64,000 nt of DNA from Raillietiella orientalis (taxonomy: Eukaryota): NCBI GenBank assembly GCA_036172245.1, contig JAYWIR010000001.1:9486001-9550000 (forward strand). The letters are read 5' to 3'. The position numbers were made by a program, and so were the translations under genes. The notes under the pieces were generated by a model. That model was not told the origin of the DNA and ran no database searches. It saw only the letters and a program-made list of their open reading frames with translations. This document shows positions 1-11,947 of this stretch, piece by piece (the first letter of the stretch is position 1; each line of letters starts with the position of its first letter).

Positions 1-1660
1 GTGGCAGCCCTCTCTGCCCGTTTCTGTGCGCGTTGGTCGCGAAGACGGAGGCTCCCGTGTCGCGATGGTGGTTCAGGTTCACATCCACCGCGCGATCCGC
101 GGCTCCCGAGGTCATCCGGATGCAGACAGTCGCGGCAGGTACCATCCTTCGGGGAAAGGAACCACGAGAAAGGTGCTGCCGAAAGAACGTCTTTCTCTCC
201 GGAGAAGACGGAACCCCTCTCTCCCCCGCCCACTGGAGACCTGGGGGTTCCTGTGGCGACTTCCTCTTCCTAGGGAGGATGTTCAAGGAAGCGCCCCGCC
301 GACCCGGAGGGACGTTGCTACGGCGAGGAGGAGGGAAGGAAGACGGGAAAACCCCGGTCGCCGTCGGGCATGGAGATGGCGGGAGTTCGCGATGCCATTT
401 TTCTCCCTGCAGGATGCGGAGAACAGGAGGGGGAGGGACGAGAGGCTCCTACCGGAGGCGCGCCATCCACGCTCAGCCCTTTCGCACGCGAGCTGACGGC
501 TCCTGTGGCGACGGCGTTGTTGAGAGTGGAGCTGCGCTCTTCTTCCTCCACAGAGCTCACTTTCCTTGCCCAGTCCACCCCCGCGAGGATCTTCGGGCGA
601 GTCGCAAGGCCCCCGCGGAGCCACGGCCGTCGTCCCATGCATCCTTCGGGTGCCGACGCTGCGTCTCCTTGCCTCTGCGCGCGCGGTGGGACGCACCCGG
701 CCCTACGCCTGCGCCGAGGGCAGGCGTAACCGCGGTGGAAAGTGGGAATTCCTCTTTCCCGTTCTCCCCTAAGGGGGCTGGCGTGCCTGCCGAGCCGGTG
801 GGGACGGAGGCCCGCTCTCCCGGTGTTGCGGCCGCCGGCCCAACTTGGGAGGGGGGGAGGTTGATTATCCCTCGCTGCTTGCTCCCCCCCCATCCTCCTG
901 GCCTCCTCCAGGCGCAAGCGGCACGCTGGCCTGTGACGTCATTCCTGTCTTTGCGGCAGAGGCGGGAGGAAGAAACCCTGGAAGGGATCGGAGATCCCAC
1001 TGCCGGCCGCTGGAGGGAACAGCCGAGGTCGGACGCGGTTCATAGTCGGCCCTCGGAGAGCCACCAGAAGGATGCCGATCGGAAGCAGCACGAAAGGATG
1101 GCATACCCTCTCAGCCTCCGTTTGCCATCCTACCTTCCATTCGTCCCGAATCTCCCTCGCTCTACCCAGGGGGAGTGCGGAAAAGGACCGCACTTCCGCA
1201 TGTCCCTCCGGCAGCGACCTCCAGGTTCTCGAGCCGGCCAGCAGCAGCTCCGCTTCCGCCATTCTTCCTGCTCCTCCCTCCCTCCCTCCCTCCTCTGCCG
1301 ATCGATCTGGGCAAGCGCCGCGGCCACAGAGAGCGGTGGGGAAGGGGGGGGAGGCCTGGTGGCTTTTGAGGAGGAGAGGCGCCACCATCTTCTCACGTGA
1401 CCTCATTTTTCCCTCGCTGGCCTCCCACCCACCGCCTCTTTCCCCTTCCCCCCAGCTGCCGCAGCACTCGCAGTCGATTGTCGAAAGTTCGCCCGCGGGC
1501 GAAACGCGCGACGCTCGGAGTGATCGTCCCTTCCGCGCCGCAACCATCCAACATGGCGGCATCGCTTCCGCGGGTGAGCAGCCGGCGTGATTCAACCAAG
1601 CGCGAGCGAAAGCAAGGAGCAGCCTTTCTTTAATTAATAATAAGAACAATAATAATAAAA
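1..1660 (+). mobile_element. Degenerate 3' portion of an L1/Tx1-like non-LTR retrotransposon
   Basis: LSPPPTGDLGVP (GGLGVP-like motif, ~220-255), frameshifted ECG...LPH zinc-finger remnant (~1172-1205), pyrimidine-rich 3' UTR from ~1400 and an A-rich tail at 1632-1660. Confidence 0.4.
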
Positions 1661-1964
1661 GTTTTCGTCTACCATCGTCCCCCCCCCTATAGAGGATGGT
1701 AGATTTTTTTTAATATATATTTTGAAGACAAATGCGTTGATTTCTTGAACTATTCGAGCAAAATGGTTCTTCGAAGATGAAAGGAATCTTCAATTTTTAT
1801 TAACTGAAGTTCAGGACAGAAAGGGAGGTTAGCATTCTTTTTGTATCATTTTATAGTATTAAAACATACACATAAAATTATACAAATGCGCAGTCTAATC
1901 CTAATGGAACAGTTCCTAATATACTACCTGGAAGAAATACACTTAATTAATCGAACAGAGTTTA

Positions 1965-3010
1965 TTTCAATGGATTTGCATTCCATCGAACGCACTCCTC
2001 CCCCATGTTAAGAGCATGCGGACGATCTCCATGGAGACACCGGCGTCGTCCCAACAGCAATGCGTAGTGTTTTCGGCATGCCAAACGTAGCTTGCCCCAG
2101 GGTAGCGTCGAGAAAGGACACTTGCTAAGAAAGGGGAGGTGAATGGCTCCGCCACTCGTTCGTGTGCCCTCGACATCGTAGGGGGGGCTGCTGAGTGGTA
2201 CGCTGTGAAGGGTCAGAGGATGCCTGGAACGCGATTTCGCTGGAGCAGTCAGGCATCCCGGAAGGCACGGGATCGGGCGGAGCACCCCCAGCTTCGAGGT
2301 GACGCCGAGCTTTGCGGCCAGCAGGCATCGCCATTCTTGGGGGCCAAAGGCAGCCGATAGCGATGTTGGAACTTCGTGCTCGAACCGTTCTTCGGCGAAC
2401 GCCGCTGTATTTGCTAATCTTGGCAGCCCTGGCTGCTCCCGAGTGATGTGGTCGCGACGGGGATATCAGAGAGGACGGCATCGATTGATTTCGGATGCTG
2501 GGTTCGTGGATGTAAACACCCTAAAGCAAAGGTCCCAAGACGTGCGGTGCTCGCATACGCGTCGCCATTTTCCCTCTCTCTCGTGACAGGAAATTTGTTT
2601 TTCCGCCGACGGATCCCCTCACAAAAAATAAATACCACAAGCAGGCAGAGGGAAGCTCGGCAGTCGAAAAGGAAGCGCGCGCACATAAGCAAAAAAAGTT
2701 TCGCCTCCAGATAATTTCAAAAATTTCCCTGGAATCCCGACGTCCTTTGAACTCTTTTTGACGATCCGGTCGTGCGGACGGCCTTCCTTCGGAGAACACC
2801 GCACGAGAAAACTTGCCACGAGCGCAGGGCTCGCATTTGATTGAGGAATTCCGCAAGTTCTTGCGTGTGTCCACCTGGGATTAGCGGGCAGCCAGTTGCG
2901 TCCGTGGATGCCTAGCGGAACGTCAGTTTGACCCTGTCAGGCAGTAGGTCCCCCGGTGCCCTGCCACTCTTCAGGTCACGGATCCAGTGCCTCTTCCTCC
3001 ACACGTGTGG
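1965..3010 (-). mobile_element. Degenerate Penelope-like element reverse transcriptase remnant
   Basis: Colinear decayed motifs across frameshifts: CPLIP..LAEFLNQM (RPIIS..LA.FL), SIDAVLSDIPV (S.DV.SL.TNIP), PRLANT..EE..PQEWR (P.LAN..E..P..W.RYVDD), SRHPLTLHSVPLS (S.HP..SIP.S), TLPW..RKHYALL (LP...KHW.LL). Catalytic residues are not intact. Confidence 0.45.
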
Positions 3011-3699
3011 TATTCATAAAGGGAAGCACACTGTAAATCCACTCTCGAGATATTTTTAAAAAAACTATGCAGTTGCGAAACGACGTATGGTCTTATGAAT
3101 CATATTGTATACAAATAATGTTGCGAATGAATGTGCCGGATGCAAGCAATGTATTTAATGAAATAAATAACTTAAGTTACACAATGTACATTGATCATTA
3201 TGTTTATTGAAATTAAATCAAATATTTGGGGACTGCTTGAAGAGTATCATGTGCAACATTAAACGTAAATAAAATTAATTATAAAATACGATATAAATAG
3301 ATAAATTAGATAAAAGTAAAATAGATATTCGTTACTACTGCTGCCCTTAATTTCATTCATTAGAAGCCGGGAATTAAGAGTCCACCATTTGGAGTTTCCT
3401 TTTGTGCCTGCCTTGCATGTGGCACTCCTGCGCAGAGCAGTCCACGTTTGTTCGGGATTCTTCACCGCCATGTCGGAATGACCAGGCAGCAGTCCGCAGG
3501 CTTTCTTGGAAGGCAGGTTGAAGCGGATTCGGGCGGAACGGGGAGCTCTTGCGGGCCGCCGCGGCGACACCTTCGCGCGTTGCCTCGGAAGGGCGAGCAC
3601 AGCGCCCTTGCCCCTGTCCCGTCGCCTGTGATCCCTCTTCATCCGGATGCAGCCATCTTTGAGATCCTCGCACTTGCCACATAAAAAAAAAACCTGCTT

Positions 3700-6600
3700 C
3701 AGCAGCAGCAGTAGCTGGCTTGCGGTCCTTCGGCTCGCCCTCTATTCCCAGCAACCTGACATGGTTCCGGGACGCAGACCACCGGAGGGCCTGCTGCTCG
3801 CCTTGCTTGCGGCGATCTTCTTGGCGAACCACACAGCGATCTTCGCTGCGCGCTACGCCATCTAACAGGTGGACTTGCGGGTGGTTTGGGGAAGGTGGCC
3901 TCTGGGGAGGCACCTCGGTTCCTCACTGTGCGTCGGTCTGTGCGCAGGAGGGCAACACCGCAAGGAACCTCGCCGAAGGTACGTGGCTCTTCCTCTCCAG
4001 CAAGTGTGGAGTCTCGTCCGCTTCCTCCTCGGCAGCGGCTCCTGACCCCGCCTTTCCTTCCCTCAGGGCAAACACCCGTGGAAGGCCACGACGTGGACCT
4101 CGAGGTCACGGTCGCGACACCAGCATAACTCCTCTGATCCGAATGATACCACTCCCGCCATCTTAGTCGCGCTCCACGACACTTGCTCTCTCGAGTAGGT
4201 CGGAGAGGACTCCTGCCGTCCGAGATCTCGGACCATTCTAGACTGGAGTTCGAGCTCCATCCGCCTGGCAAGGGCCATCCGACGCACGTCTGGAGGCTGC
4301 CGGTCGACTAGCTTAGCAATTCGGAGGCGGCGGAGCACCTTCGCCAGCACCTCCAGGGCTTCGTCGTCCGTGAACTCGCGGACTGGGACGATCTGAAAAG
4401 ATCGGTCCGCGAGTTCTGCTGCCGGTTCCCCTTGCACCTGCTTCCCCGCGGCTTCGGAGAGTGTGTCGCCAACAGCAGATCGTTTCTGCAGGCGCGTACC
4501 TTCTCCGGATGCCCGGACGTCCTGCGCCTGGCGGAATATAAGGACAGAACCGAGCACCAGGTTTGACAGTCTGGAGCGGCTTGTCTGCTCTCGACGACGC
4601 TGGACAGGAATGCTGGGCTGCAGCCGACGTACACCGCGTAGTCAGGCGCTACTACTCCTCCTTGTGCGCGGAGGAGCCCACGGAACGCAGTCTCTCCGAG
4701 CTGCTTCTGCCGGAGGGTGACCCTGCTATCGACGAGGAGGAACGCGCGATATTGGATTTGCCCTTCACGGAGGAAGAAGTGTCTTCCGCCATAACGGGCC
4801 TGAAGAGGCGTAAGGCGCGTGGCGTAAGGATGGCCTGTCCGCGGAGTTCTTTCAGTGCTTCGCGGAAGAGCTCATCCCCCTGGTGCTGAGACTCTCCGCG
4901 CTGATGCGGGAGACGGGAGATGTTCCCGCTTCCTTCCGCTCAGCAAAGGTGCGGTTCCTGCCGAAAGGTGGGGATTTGCGCCAGCTCAACAACTGGCGTC
5001 CGATCACCTTGGTGAATTCGGACGTCAAGTTGTTCTCGAAGCTATGGGTCGCGAGGCTGGGGAGAATCGCGGAGTCCTTGGTAAGTCCGGAGCAGACGTA
5101 TGCTGTTCCGGGGCGGTCCATGGACGCGAATCTCTTCTTCACGCGAACATGGTTCGAGTTGCAGCAGCGCGTGGTGCAGCAGAGCCAGGCAGCCGAAAAA
5201 GCCGCTGCCAAGGGCAGGCGGCGGTGCTTGAGGCACGAGGGAACGCCGGGCGCCTTAGAGGTCGCAGTCAATTTCTACAAGGCGTGCGACTGCGTAAACC
5301 AGGACCTCCTTCTGGAGCTCCTGGGATGCCTAGGCCTCCCGACGCACCTCGTTGCCTACTTGCGCTCCTGCTGGCACCATGCGTTATGCTGTATCTCTTT
5401 CAGCGGCTGCCACGTGTACGGCGTTCCCATACGGCGAGGCATCAGGCAAGGGGACAGCTTAAGACCTCTGCTCTTCAGCATCTTCTTTGAGTTGGTGATG
5501 AGGGCGTACAGGCTGATGCTGGCCAACCTGCCGAGCTATGCCCGGGAACTCCGGCCGTGGCCGCCTATGCTGACGACCTTCTCCTCCTGCTGCCCATGTC
5601 CACCCCGGCGTCCAGTCTCGAAGATTTCTTCGAACTCATTTGTCGGGGAGCGGGCGTGAGAGTCAACAGGACGAAATCCACCGTTGTACCGGTTGGCTCT
5701 ACGTGGGAGGGGCAGTCCGACTGGATCCGCCTGGGGGTCCCCACGGGCAGGTGCTTTAAGTACTTTAGCGTTCCCTTGGGCGCCTTCTGTCCAGCAGAAG
5801 CGTGGTCGGACTGCCTTCACAGGCCGAGACTGCTCTGGGCCCGTTCCAAGGTCGCAGGTTCCTCCTGCCGGAACGGGCCTTCGTGTGGAACATTTTCGTT
5901 GCCCCCCTCCTCCGTCCCCTCTTTTTTGTTTATCCCCCTCCCTACTCGGCTAAGCGTCGGGCGAAATGCCTGTTGCGGAACGCCTTGTGGGGACCGGCGA
6001 GGTCCAGTATCCGCCTCAAGGACTTGGCGGCTCCTCGGCGGGATGCAGGATTGGGCATCCTGACGCTGGAGCGGATCGGACTGCTAGTGCAGTTCCTCAT
6101 GCTGGCACTTTGCGCCCAGCTTTGGACTACTCCCTGGCGTGCTCCACCGCAGCTGCTGCTGCGGCGCTGCACGGGTGGCGACGGACTGCGTTCGTTGCAC
6201 CTGCGCACGGAGCGCGTCTTGAGAGGATTCGGCTTCCCTCTGAAGCAGCTCGGCTCGCTTCTGGGAAAGCATTCGTGAATCTCCTGCCGGCCGACGAACT
6301 TTAACGCCTGGAGGCAGGAAACCTTATCGTCCTGGGCAGCGCAACAGGATGTGTCCCGATTGGAACTCCGTTGCGTGAACCTTTCTCCATACTGTCCAGT
6401 GGGGGAGGTGTTGGAAGACCAGGACCAGTGGACACGCCTAGCCGCTACGCCCCTCGCCGAAGCACTGTCTGCACTGATGGTGCGAGACGACAGTGACCTG
6501 CCAGCGAGGTGGGAGGTCGCTTGCGAAATCGCAGGCGAAACCCGACTTTTGTGCGGCTGGAGGACCTGCGAGCTGGCAGACGCTGCCACACCTCGCATTC

Positions 6601-7465
6601 GTGCCAAGGGACTTCTTCGGTGGAGTGAACTCCTCAGGGTGCCTGCCCTCCGAAGAACTTGTGGTCCCTTCCCCGTGCTTGGACGCGACTGTGTTCCCCA
6701 TTCGGTGGAAACAGGACGCTTTTCTGCTGGTGCATTACTGCAAGGTCTTTACTGCAACCAGCACGCGCACCTGGTTTCCGGGGGAGTCGCGTCCCCGAAC
6801 TGTGCAAAATGCGGAGCGGTGGAATCGCTTCCGCACCTGCTATTCGACTGCGGTGCCTTCCAGGGACTGTGGTGGCGGCTGTCTTCAGCGCTCCTGCATC
6901 TCGGCACACCGCAATGGATTGGATGCGCCGCTTCTTCATGCGTGGCGGTCTATCTCTTGGGATAATGAGGTTGTAGGTAACCGAGGTTGTAGGGGAAGGG
7001 ATAATGAATAAACAAATCAGAGGATGGGAAGGGACAGGGGTCAGCGGTCGCACCTACCGCGTCTTCTGGAACCTGCGTCAGGGGTCGCAATCGTCTGCTG
7101 CGTCCGCGCCATTGTCAGGGCCCGCCACGTATTGCAGCTGCGAGCGGTCCCAACATCGGTCCCCGACAGTGCAGCCTGCAATTTGGAATTGGCTGCCGGG
7201 TGGCCAACCTCGACGAAGAAGTGAGGACCGAGATTGCCGGCATTCACCGCCGGTTCTGAGAATAGGAACGGCTGAAACTGCAGACCCCTATCCCCACCCG
7301 CCCACTATATTTACTTATTTATTGTCCCCTCCCTGCCGTTCCGAACTCTCAGTATGCTCGACCTGCGTGTCGGGAAACCCTTCCCCTCAGCTTCTGCTCC
7401 CCTTGCCTGGGAACTGTGTTCCCAGATGATTTCTTGTTAATAAAAGTCCCAGCGCAACCGGGCAA
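3700..7465 (+). mobile_element. Near full-length but disrupted L1/Tx1-clade LINE ORF2 (APE endonuclease - RT - CCHC finger) with 3' UTR
   Basis: APE end motif ISDH...VWRL (~4225-4300); LPFTEEEVSSAI; FLPKGGDLRQLNNWRPITLVNSDVK; SPEQTYAVPGRS; NFYKACDCV; RGIRQGDSLRPLLF; AYADDL (~5563); KYFSVP; RDAGLGI; SPNCAKCGAVESLPHLLFDC (~6790-6850); AATAAA at 7439. Several frameshifts and stops. Confidence 0.9.
6989..7076. repeat. 88-bp direct repeat, copy 1 (copy 2 at 9106-9193)
   Basis: gtaggggaagggataat(g/a)aataaacaaatcagaggatgggaagggacaggggtcagcggtcgcacctaccgcgtcttctggaacctgc; 87 of 88 positions identical. Confidence 0.95.
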
Positions 7466-7682
7466 CAAACGACACCGTCAAGGACCAGCCCCGCCGCCGC
7501 CCGTCCGGCACGAGAGGTTGCCTGGCTCCGATGACGGCCCCGTTTCTCCACCATGGGTCTGAAGCAGGGGAGCTCCGCACCTCCAGTGCCAAGGCCACCC
7601 TAATCCATAGAGGAGACTCCTTGTCCTGCGACGATATCGGGGATCCAGGGATTCCTCATAGAGCTTTCACGAACCTTTTAGG

Positions 7683-7875
7683 TAATAATAGCAACAATAA
7701 CGACAGCAATAACAAGCATAACAACAGAAACAAGAATAGCAACAATTACAGGAATAACAACAACAAGAATAGTAATGACAGCAATAAGAATAACAGGAAT
7801 AGAAACGATGACAATGGTAACAGCAATGGCAGCAAAAGTAATGAAACAATCTCAACGATAATCGAAATAACAAAC
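7683..7875. repeat. Degenerate (AAC/AAT/AGC)n trinucleotide microsatellite
   Basis: aataatagcaacaataacgacagcaataacaag...; reads as poly-Asn in one frame. Confidence 0.85.
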
Positions 7876-7899
7876 ACCCTTCAAACACCTTGCAAAGAT

Positions 7900-8950
7900 G
7901 CATTGGAAGGACGCCGATTCTCTAGTCGGAGATTCGTTCGTTGGTGGCCGCGGCGGTGGTCCTCCTCCGACCCCTCTCGCTCACCGGGAGAGCGCCTCAT
8001 TGTGTGCTCGTCGTGTAGAGCGCGTCCGCACCCTACTCGGAAGGGCGGCAGCGCTCCTGCTGGGTCTCAGGGGCCGCCGCCAGCCGACCGGGCAGAGCAG
8101 TCTGGCAGCTGACCTGACGATACTCCCGTGGCCAGCAGCAGGCAGTGCACGGCTGCTCCAGGCCTCCGCGGTGGACCCGAGGGAGCGAAGGGACGGCCGC
8201 GGAGGTCACAAGGACCGTCAAGGCGAAAGGGTACGAGGCGCAGACCCCGTGCTCCTCTGGGTTGCCTCCAGCCTTGGGCGGGCGGCGGCGGGACGCGTGT
8301 ACCTTCGTGGTCATGGAGGATGCGACCAGGAGGGACGCGTTCGCTCGCTTTTGGAGAGAGGGGAAGGCGAAGAAAGCGGTCGCGATCGGCTGAGCCTCTG
8401 TCGCCGGGTGCGATCCGGCCGGTCCGCCTCGAGGGAGTCCCTGCTCTGATCGCTCTCCGCGTTCTCCTCTTTTGGACCCGCCCTTTCTTGCCTCCTGTCG
8501 CGCGGCCCCGCAGCCTCCGCGCAGAGCTTCCTCGTGAGCAGGGTGCCTGCGTAAAACTGGTGCCTCCCGAGGGCAGGTGGCTTCAGGGAAACGGCGAGCG
8601 CCCGCGGGAAACGCTCGAGGTTTACTTGGACCCGCCCTGAAGCCCTTTAGCTCCTCCTGTCCATCCTCCCCTTCTCCTTCCGCGAGATGGGAGTTTTCCT
8701 GAGAGATCTCGGGCTGCAGGAAACTCCCCGGTGGCTGGACCACGCGCCAGCGAGCTGGAGCAGCAACACCCAAGAACTCCTCCGGAAGGACTTCGCTGGG
8801 CTGGGATCTTCGGCATTCCTCCTGAGGAGGAGGAAGAGGCTCCCTCGTGGTGGAGGATGACTCGCTCCCACTCAAGTAGCAGCAGCGTTCGGCGTTGCCG
8901 ATATTGTCTTGTGGCCTCCCATGCGATATGCGGCGCTACCATTTTCATCC
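7900..8950 (+). mobile_element. Possible degenerate LINE ORF1 (Tx1-like gag/RRM) remnant
   Basis: RVLLFWTRPFLPP (~8458-8500) resembles the RV.L.W.P..P motif of Tx1-type ORF1 proteins, and the segment lies inside the LINE nest. Weak. Confidence 0.3.
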
Positions 8951-8999
8951 GGTTGTGTCACGGCGTCCCCCTCCCCCCATTCCCAAACAGTCCATGTAG

Positions 9000-10400
9000 A
9001 TCAGTAAATCCATTAGACCGTTCTGAAATTTTAAGGGAGAGGAGAATGAAAAAACAAACAAACTGCCAACTCGCAGACTGGCCACACCGGGAGGGCAGAG
9101 GGGTCGTAGGGGAAGGGATAATAAATAAACAAATCAGAGGATGGGAAGGGACAGGGGTCAGCGGTCGCACCTACCGCGTCTTCTGGAACCTGCCTGAGAA
9201 GCAGGCCGCGTCCTCCTCGATTCTTCATCTTTCAGGGGCCACTGAGCCACGCCCCTCATTGCTGCGGCGGCGCGCCTCCGTGCTCTGGACGCCACAATCC
9301 CGCTGACGCGACACCGGACCGGGAAGTCGGACAGCGGTCTGCAAGCTCGTGAAGTAGCGAAAGCAGCTCCGCAGCAGCTCTTCCGGGTTGTCTGCGGGTC
9401 CAGGTAGAGCAGCCTCGGGGCATTTCTGCACGCTCCGAAGGTCGCCGCATTCCAGAAGTCTGTTTGACATCCGGTTGCGCCTGCGCGTTTATTTCTATCA
9501 ACAATAAATACACAGGTTAGTGGCAGGACGCTTGATCCTGCCACGTTGCAAATGTAACCATGGGGACCTGCCGAGAACCGGCACGCAGGCCGGCGAGGTT
9601 CGTCTCGGCAGAAGAGGGGGAAGGAGGACAAACAGAAAAATAAAAATAAAACGAAAAATATGTACAAAAAAATGGGAGGGTTCGGGAAGGGATCATCAGT
9701 TGCTGGAGGGCGTCCTCTGCATCCTATGAAGGGTGCCGGCAAGTTCCGGTTTCGAGACTCTCAGATAGGGTCATCTTCGCTGTCCTCATGAAGAGGAGAG
9801 AGCAAAATAGATGCGTCCTTGTCGTCCTGGCCTCCTCTGGTGTTGCTCCATGCAGCCACGATCCCGTGTAGGCAGCAAAGTGCTGCTAGTGGTATGACCG
9901 GCGTGAGGCGTAGCGCAGGAAAAGGAGCTACAGAATGTCTCTAGGGTTGTCCTCGGGCATCGGCAGGGAGGTGGCAAAGCGTTTCCACAGAGGGCGTAGG
10001 ACAACACAAACAGGTGCGGGAGGGGCTCTCTTTGGCCAAACCTGCTGCAGTTGGGCTCGCAGTCCCCCAGGTCCGATGGTGTCAGCTGGCGTTGCATGGG
10101 AGGCCCCGGCGCACGAACAGCAAAGCCTCCTCTTTGGACTGCCAGATGAGGGGCAGCACAGAGCTGTCCAGATAGAGGGGAGAGGTCACAACCCCCGAAA
10201 ACGGAATCTCCAGGTGTTTTGTCCGACAGAGCACTCCTTTCGCACTGGTGCTGGTCTGTCGTACACCGCCTCTTCTGCCAGCTTGCTGCTGTCGTTCTCT
10301 CTCTCTAGGGAGGACAGTGCCGCGAATAGGGGGGTGGCAGTGGTTCAGACCCGCTTCTTCCCGTTCCTTCCCGCGTCCTCCAGAGAGACCCCCAGGCCGT
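9000..10400 (-). mobile_element. Two tandem minus-strand 3' fragments of related L1/Tx1 LINEs
   Basis: EPNCSRFGQREPLPHLF (decayed CCHC finger, ~10010-10060) followed by a 3' UTR at ~9700-9472 with AATAAA and GCGCAACCG. A second fragment (FWNAA..LLYLDP) ends in a 3' UTR at ~9160-9000. Confidence 0.65.
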
Positions 10401-11453
10401 CAATAGGACGAATCGTCGAGGCGTCGGCACTCTTTTTGCGGATCCCGGTGTCCCCTGCCGCCAAGAGTTGAAGCTTGCAGGGGGGGCGGCAGGAGGTCCA
10501 CTGATGTTCTTCCCTCAGAGAAGCGACCTGCTTCCTGCCGGAGACCCAAGCGTTCTTCGTGCGTTCTCAGTTGCGACGTGGCATCGACACCGTGCCCTCG
10601 CGACCGGCCGCGCACCTCAGGATTTCGCGCGTAGGCAGGCACCAATGCCGCATCCAGTTCTCGGCCGTCATCTCCAAACTGAAGCTGTAGCTGCATCTTC
10701 TTCGGCGTGAGGATGCCGATTCCTGAGTCTCTTCGTGGCACAACGAGGTCGGCTCTTGATGAGAACCCTCGACCACGTGGAGGCGCGCTGCCACTACCGC
10801 ACAAAGAGATTTCATTGCTTTATCGAGGATCCACACGACACTCAATTGCTGAACTACCTCCGGCCCCACTTTGATCTTAGTTAAAAGGCCAAGAAGGGGA
10901 AGTGTCGAGCCGAACTGTGCCTGGTGCGGGGAGGCGGAATCCTTTACGCACCTGCTAGTGCACTGTTGCCTTCCGGGCACTGTGGGAACATTTATCCACG
11001 GTCCTCCCTCGCCATCCTGGTGTCGCTTCGAAGACTCTCCTCGTGCGGAGTGTCATGCCGCCCCTGCCGCCACCATCGCAGCTTCCGCAGCATCGTCGCT
11101 GAGAGGGAGGGAGCAGAAAGAGGACGCGACGGCAGGGAGGGCGGCGCTCGGTTCGCAATCCGCTTCCTGCAGATCGAGACGAGGTGCGGACATCTTGCAT
11201 ACCTACGACGCCATTAGTTGGAGCTTGCCGGCATCCTGCATAGGACGCGGGAAAACCCAAGGGAGCAAACAGTGAACCCTTTCCCCTGCCCTTCCTCCAA
11301 CCACAGGAACAAGTAATTTTTTTCTTTTTTCTCTCCGTTCCTTCAACAGATCTTGCCCGCGACCCCTAAAGGATTGCTCGACTCGGTGGGAAGGAATGCC
11401 CTGCAGTATTTGCAGATTTATTTTTGAAAGCCACTGCGTAACCGTAAAAAAAA
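10400..11453 (+). mobile_element. 3' fragment of an L1/Tx1 LINE with CCHC finger and A tail
   Basis: EPNCAWCGEAESFTHLLVHC (~10907-10966), pyrimidine-rich 3' UTR from ~11275, terminal GCGTAACCG followed by A8 (11436-11453). Confidence 0.75.
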
Positions 11454-11947
11454 TCCCCTCTCCAGCTTCTCTCGGAGGGACTAAGTCATGGACAATCGGA
11501 ATGGCGGTTGGCGCTGGCTCCCAGAGGGCGAATCGCCGACAGGGCCGGGGATGGCCGCTGCTAGCCTTCCTTCCCTCACTGAGACCCTCCTGCCAGAGAG
11601 GGGCCAGGAAGGTTACATCGTCCTTTCTGAACCCCTTTCCACCCTTGTTTCTTCTCGCAGTGAGGTCGTCGTCGAGGCGGGACGAGTGGGGAGGAAGCAC
11701 AGTGACCCACGATTATGGTCCCCGGGTCGATAAGCTATCTCCTCTTCCACGCCCTGCATCTCCACGGAGGTGGTTCTCGTAGACCGCTAGAAAGACTTGG
11801 GTTCCGCTTCTCTTTCCTTCCCTCTTTTTCTTTTGCGGAAGCTGCGGCTTTCTTTCGGAGTTTCTCCCTGACTTTTTTGTTGCTGCCGCTGGTCCTCTAC
11901 TTGTTAGAGAGAAGACGGGGGGGGTTTGTCTGCGGAAGTCGGGATGC

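Noticed and set aside
2870-2990. GC-rich fold-back with CTGAAGA on the minus strand as a possible hammerhead or HDV ribozyme
   Set aside because: No GAAA core or stem II at the required spacing, and it overlaps the putative PLE coding remnant.
7531-8112. Asn-rich ORF
   Set aside because: It is the translation of a decayed AAC/AAT microsatellite.
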